Assembly: GCA_900617105.1 (NCBI GenBank)
Contig: UYFQ01000398.1
Coordinates: forward strand, 1-47,600
Length of the DNA stretch: 47,600 bases
Direction of reading: 5' to 3'
Source: Hydrurus foetidus
Lineage: Eukaryota
The position numbers were made by a program, and so were the translations under genes. Below, in pieces: positions 41,885 to 47,600 of this stretch. Positions within the stretch are counted from its first letter, which is position 1. The number at the start of each line of letters is the position of its first letter. The notes under the pieces are model-generated. The model did not search any database, was not told the DNA's origin, and worked only from the letters and a program-made list of their open reading frames with translations.

Positions 41885-44800
41885 TAATAATAGCAATAAT
41901 AATAATAATAGATAGTGTTAATGACGATAGTAATAATCGTAATAAAATTCATAATAAAAATAATAATTGCATCATTTTCGATCACAAAAAATAACAATGT
42001 TAAACGTCAAAAATTAAAAAAAATCAAATAAAAAATCAAATAAAAAATCAAATAAAAAATCAAATGAAAAATCAAATAAAAAGTCAATACAGATAGAAGT
42101 AGAGTGGACGTAAGAATAAGAATGACCTCTGCTGTCTTCTAGCTGTCTTTTGAGTGCCTCCTCCTGCTCTCTAGCATTTGATCGAATGCCCTCCACTTCT
42201 GCTGCGAGATCGTTTTCCAATTCGTCCATATCAGCACCTGAAATAATGAAATTGCATCAAATTGCAACATATGAATGAATTTGTTATTTTGTACGATGAT
42301 ATTTGTCATTAGCACTGTCATCAAGATTTTCTTCGATTTTTTTGTAAGTATTATTGTACAGAATTAAATGTGTGAGTTTTTACAATTATAGCGAATTGAA
42401 AATGAGTGATAGAATCTAACTTTAAACGGTTTAACTTTTAAAACTCATCAAGTATTCAGAATGTAAAGATATATGTCAAAAAAGTATACGTAAAATCCAA
42501 CACATTAATTTGCAAATAAATAGATGAAGATTTATGAAATAAAATCATGTATTTTTTTATTGAGGATTAAATAAATGAGTACATAAATTATTTGCTCTTA
42601 CCTATATTCAAATAAATATACACCCGTAAAATTAATAAAACTAAACAGTAAATAATGGACATTATAAAACAAAAAATAGATGATTATAGTAAGACAAAAA
42701 AACCAAATTTAAATCACCTCGTAGTCTGTAGACCGTTTCTTGCAGAACAGAGACAGCGCTGTTAGCGTCTACCAGCTCTCCATCCAGGACAGCATTTCTC
42801 TCGTTAATCTCGCCTACATGGTAAAAAGGAATATTGAAGAGCATGCATTGATTAATACAAAAAAAATTAAGGTAGTATGTTTCACGAAAGAAATCAAATA
42901 AAAAAAATGTGAAGTATTGCAAAATGAAACGTATTAAATTCAATAGAATTATGGTAAAGTGAAACAAAGCAAATATAAGTGAAGTACAGTAAAGTAAAAT
43001 TTAATAAAAAAAGCATGAACAATATAAAAATCTGCAGGAACAAAAGAACAGATGAAAAATGAGCGGAATTCATTTTCTGAAATTTGAACTTAGGCGCGCA
43101 TTGGTTGATTTGCAAAATATTGAAATAATAGATTATTAATGCATTAGGTATTGACCGCAATTTCAAAAAAAAAGTTCCTAACAATAACAAAAAGTTCAAA
43201 AAACACAATATCTCTGAAATTGCATCATATTTAATTACCTAGCATCACTTCCAAGGAATCTACTTGTTCTTGTAGCGTACGTGCGTGCAGTACGGTTTCG
43301 AGTTTTTCCCTGTCCGTTCTTTCGTACATACATTCTAGTTGTTGTAATTTCGCCTTGACGGTTGTCAACTGAAATAAAACAACAACAAAAACGGCCATAT
43401 AGGTTGGCAAATTTATTTGTAAGGGTAAGATTTTCGTACTCATTTGGTAAAAATAAGAAAAAAAGATTAATTATGCCGCATTTTGAAAACTGTGTACTCT
43501 GATAAATGGTGGAAAAAAAAGAAAAGAGAGAAAAAGAACAAGAAAAACGGGCAGGAAAACATGACAAGAGAAAGTTCATACAATATGAACAAAAACAAAA
43601 ATGGATTCGGATTGTTTTAAAAAAAAATTATTCTTATTTTTATTTAAGTAAAATAATAATAAAATACTGAATTGCCATCTAATACGCACTGCACGCACTT
43701 CTTTGTTTTGTTCTGTTTCAAGAGATAAATGGCTTCTCATCGATTCCCTCCACTGTCTGTCTTGTGCAGAATATAGTACGGTTCTGTGCGCTAGTTGATC
43801 GCTTAGATTGTTCTAATGCAATTTAAATGTAAGGTGTTAATATTATGCGTTAATATCATGTGTTAATACAATGTGTTAATGTAATGTAATGTTAAATATG
43901 AGGTGTTGATATAATGTGTTAATAGAGTGTATTGACGCAATGTATTAATGTGCGATAGTGATGTGCAATATAACTAATGTAATGTATCACTGCAATAATC
44001 TAATATCACAAATATTGGAAATACAACCGTTCTGTTTTTAGAGTTCATATTTTAATTTATGAAACTTAAATAGAAATAGAAGTGTCACAACGAAACATTC
44101 ACGATATCTTGTAATATAATAATACAAAAGGTAAATATTACACAATATCACTTGATGGTAGAAAATCACATTTATGATTATTTCTCGAATATATTGTATC
44201 GATAATATGGAAATAGCATCAAATGAATCATAAGAAATAAATATTATTTACCATCTCATCTCGCAAAGCGATTATTTCACTTTCTTTTTTGGATAAATTA
44301 AGATCATTTTCTGCCATTTCTTGAGAGTGTTTAGATTCAATAGACCATAAAATAGATGCTAGTTCAGATATCTATAATGTAAGAGAAAAGTACAATATGC
44401 GAAGAAAAGAAATTAAACATTTCCAGAGACGGTTTTTGGTATATAGGCGACATTATTAATTCGATGATGCAAATAAAAATAACTATAAAAGTTTTTACAT
44501 TTTTCACATCAAAATATAATATAGAATTAAAATTGAAATTAATGATTGCAACGCATCATAAAATTTCATGCAAAAATACTTCCTAACATTACACGAGTTG
44601 CGAAAGAAAAAAACAGAAACAATAATATAATGTAATCAGTACAGATATGCTACTGATAACGGACAATAGCCTCGACTTCAATTAAACCAATACAGCATCT
44701 AATAAAATGTATCTTGAAGCAATAAATGGAAAAAAATTATTCTAATTCTTGTGAAAACAAACCACAATTATTTTAAACAAATTTAGAACTACCATTTAAA

Positions 44801-46456
44801 CGGAAATAAAGTATCACTTAACTGAATGATGAAAGTAAAAATGCACATACACATCCGCACGTATGTAAATACAAGTATACATGACATGCAAACATACACA
44901 CACACACTAATATGTAAACACATACTTGGCATACATGCATACACATACAAACATAATTACATACATGACATACATACATAACCAGTTACAGTACGGTACA
45001 GTACATGAGATACGTACATACACAATTACAGCGAAATACATACGTACCTTCTCATTAGCAGCATCAATAAGTTTTGTTCTGACATTTTCTAATAAAGATT
45101 CCTTTCTATATCCATTCATTTGATCGGAACTAAGACCTGACATTCCAGACATTTGTTGACTCGAATTTTCGAAAGTAATAACGTCTTTTAATTTAGCCTA
45201 TATTAACAAATTCATAAATACGTTATACGGTATGATTTGACGATTTAGTTAGTATGTGAGAATGTGTGTATTGTGTAAGATGATATTGTGATTTAAAAAG
45301 TTGTCAAAAGTGTAGAAAAGTTTACCAATATAATTCAACAATATCAAAAATAAACAAAAATCAACAATAAAAACAAATTTCTTACAAATCTTGCAAATCG
45401 TCTGCATTAATATGTAATCAAAATAAATATAAAAAATGTCTTTAAAAAAAGGGTAAGAACTAATAACTGTGAGTTACTTATTTTCATTATATGAACTTTG
45501 AATAATTCTGTCTGTCGCACATTATTTTTCAATACATAATATATACATGTTTGATAACATCTACACAGTGATGATCTCAAGACAAAATTTGAGATGAAAA
45601 GAGAAAGAGCATCAGAATGACACACAAAAAAAAAATAGCATATTTCATAGCGGAAAATATGATACCTCTTGCTGTGGCTTGAGATACTTAATTTTACTTT
45701 TGATGCTTATCATGCTTATATTCCATCAAAAAGACATATAAATAATGTAACTACACTTCATTCCTCCTTTCTCATAAATCAAATTCTGATTTTCAACTTC
45801 TAATTTCTCTTCATGTTTTGAATCTGATTAATTCTGATTTTGACGGTGGTGTTCAGTTTAAATGTTCCGCAATCTTTTGATATATTATGTTATCGTCCAT
45901 CAATTCTACTCTGAATCAGTTGATAATGTTGTTATAGCGAGAAATCCTATCGTCTTTACACTGCAGAAAATCAGCAGGAAATAAGTACCTCGAGAAGAAT
46001 GATGTCTTGCTCTGCTTCTGCAACAGCATACTGCAAGCTGTCACGTTCAGACCGAACATTCTGCTCTCGAGTTACCATAGATTGAAGTTGTAGATGGGAA
46101 TGATTCAGCTGGAGCTCCAGTGCCCTCATCTGCGATAGGAGAGAAAGTGTCTCGTATCGATCAGAAAAGATGCCCTCAATAATGAAAAATGATTTGTGTG
46201 TTTTGAAGGCGGCATAAACTGCTGCTGGGGCAGAGGATTGGTCTGAATTACCTGAACTCCTCTTTCATGAACACTATGAACAAGTCGCCTAACGGTTTCT
46301 CCCTCGTCATGGGCGTTCTCTATAACATAGCAACAAACGAATAGAGAGATGACATAAGAGCAAGATTTTCCTGCACACCCAATAACCAGTATTCAGCGTT
46401 ATGTGATGGAACATCCCGATGTAATCCCTCTTGTCAACACATGTATTAACAAAAGT
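34253..46456 (-). CDS. Large multi-exon coiled-coil / low-complexity (E/K/N-rich) protein; 5' end uncertain
   Basis: About 18 GT-AG-bounded minus-strand exons with heptad-like sequence, e.g. MRALELQLNH...DIILLE (46129-45989), LENVRTKLIDAANEK, LTTVKAKLQQLE, MDELENDLAAEVEG, LSRALEQQTTKL, FSRLRILEDLRE. Last exon ends RQHR* at 34253. Frameshifts in A/G-rich runs near 41240 and 37470-37530. Confidence 0.7.
41820..41910. repeat. (TAA)n intronic microsatellite
   Basis: Direct trinucleotide array; source of the poly-I and poly-Y ORFs. Confidence 0.95.
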
Positions 46457-46718
46457 CTGAAAAATCAAGCTAAACGTTCAAAGCTCGCAAACCTAACGAA
46501 CCAAGAGGTGCCTCACCCATATTTGTCACGGTGAAGATCCCGCTACGGAATCTGCTCTTCCATTTGCTTTTGCACGCCTCTTGAACGATCAAAAGGGCTT
46601 CATAACTTAGCAATGCGTCTAAGGAAGTGAACACACTGCCAGCGAAGCGATGGAGTGATTCAAAATTCAAAAGCTATTACTTGTAGACTGGAGTTGATAG
46701 CTTACAAAACACTGAAAC

Positions 46719-47059
46719 TGTTGACGGATCTTCGGTTCGGCCCACACGTACGCCTCTCGCTGTACTGTGGTTGAAGGTCACTCGGTCAGGACTCGTGAAA
46801 TAAGCTCTTGTATGGCAGTAAACACTTGTTAATTGACTGTGCTTCATCCCTGCTGAAGTCCCCGAGTCCCTTTCAACGCAACAACAAAAGACATTCTACA
46901 CTACGCTTGAAGTACAGAGACGATGCACGGGTCCATTCATCGTCGTCACGCATGTACGTACACACACACACACACACACACACAAATTAATCCGTACGAC
47001 CGTACGAATGCATAAGTACACTGATTGTGTCCGTGTCATAAACTACGATATCTCCAACA
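46719..47059 (-). repeat. Copia 3' LTR, 341 bp
   Basis: Minus strand starts TGTTGGAGA (47059) and ends TCAACA (46719), giving TGTTG/CAACA inverted termini. Contains a (CA)n tract. Confidence 0.85.
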
Positions 47060-47600
47060 CACCCCTATGCCACATCACAATCATTTCTATTCACACATCA
47101 CGCATATGTTGTCTTAATAATTTAACTAAACTACTGTGCTCGCGTCCCATCCCGTAAGCCCTTGTCTCTCGCACTTGAACTGTGCACCTTGTAGCGGCTT
47201 CGTCAGAAGGTTCGCGTACATCTCCTTGGTCCCCAGGTGTCGCACTCTCGCTTCTCCTTGATCCACCCTTTCCTTGAGCCAAAAGTATCTGATGGCGATA
47301 TGGCGCGTCCGCTCCGCCGCTGACCGCCCTCTCTCGATCAGTGACATGCATGACATGTTGTCTTGGTACACTGTCACTGGTCCGCACGTGTGTCCTTGTC
47401 CTATAATGAAGTGTCTCACGTGAAGCGCTTGGTTAGTTGAGTCAGATAATGCAACGAGCTCCGCCTACGTACTCGACTTGGTGACGATCTGTTGCTTTGC
47501 CGATTTGCTGTGCACCGCACCCCTCGTTCCGATCACCACGCAGCTCCCCGTGTGCGACCTCCCGTCCGGATGTACTCCGTATGCCGCATCGATGAGACAC
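46719..47600 (-). mobile_element. 3' end of a Ty1/Copia LTR retrotransposon (RNase H, PPT, 3' LTR); truncated by the right edge
   Basis: Copia RNase H: IDAAYGVHPDGRSHTG...KQQIVTKSST*AELVALSD...YQDNMSC...RTRHIAIRYFW...MYANLLTKPL, stop at 47126. Purine-rich ATAGGGGTG immediately before the LTR. In-frame TAG at 47465-47467 replaces the first E of STEAE. Confidence 0.95.

Overview
AT-rich, intron-rich eukaryotic nuclear DNA. It is most likely a photosynthetic stramenopile (ochrophyte, possibly chrysophyte-like), inferred from a cyanobacterial-type protein with a signal-plus-transit plastid presequence. From left to right: (1) the 5' end of a Ty3/Gypsy-like LTR retrotransposon on the minus strand (LTR ~2036-3100 with three internal ~175-bp repeats, a PBS, and a very N/D/R-rich ORF1 running off the left edge); (2) an intronless plastid-targeted DprA/SMF-like (SLOG-fold) gene; (3) a multi-exon NDR/STK38-family kinase with a long disordered tail and an unexplained gap in its activation segment; (4) a multi-PH + PDZ gene, probably a pseudogene, with an internal exon-block duplication and a P-like TIR element in exon 1; (5) a decayed hAT transposase; (6) a Tourist-like MITE inside a palindrome upstream of a 5-exon 2OG-Fe(II) oxygenase-like gene; (7) a large multi-exon coiled-coil gene; (8) the 3' end of a Ty1/Copia element. 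Several frameshifts fall in homopolymer or dinucleotide runs, so some may be long-read assembly errors. I cannot support a clearly new multi-gene system. The most unusual signals are an 80-bp perfectly conserved, AG/GT-bounded, stop-containing intronic block in both copies of the duplicated exon block, the missing TVG of the NDR activation loop, and the MITE inserted into a perfect palindrome. All family assignments are from motif recognition by eye; no database searches were run.
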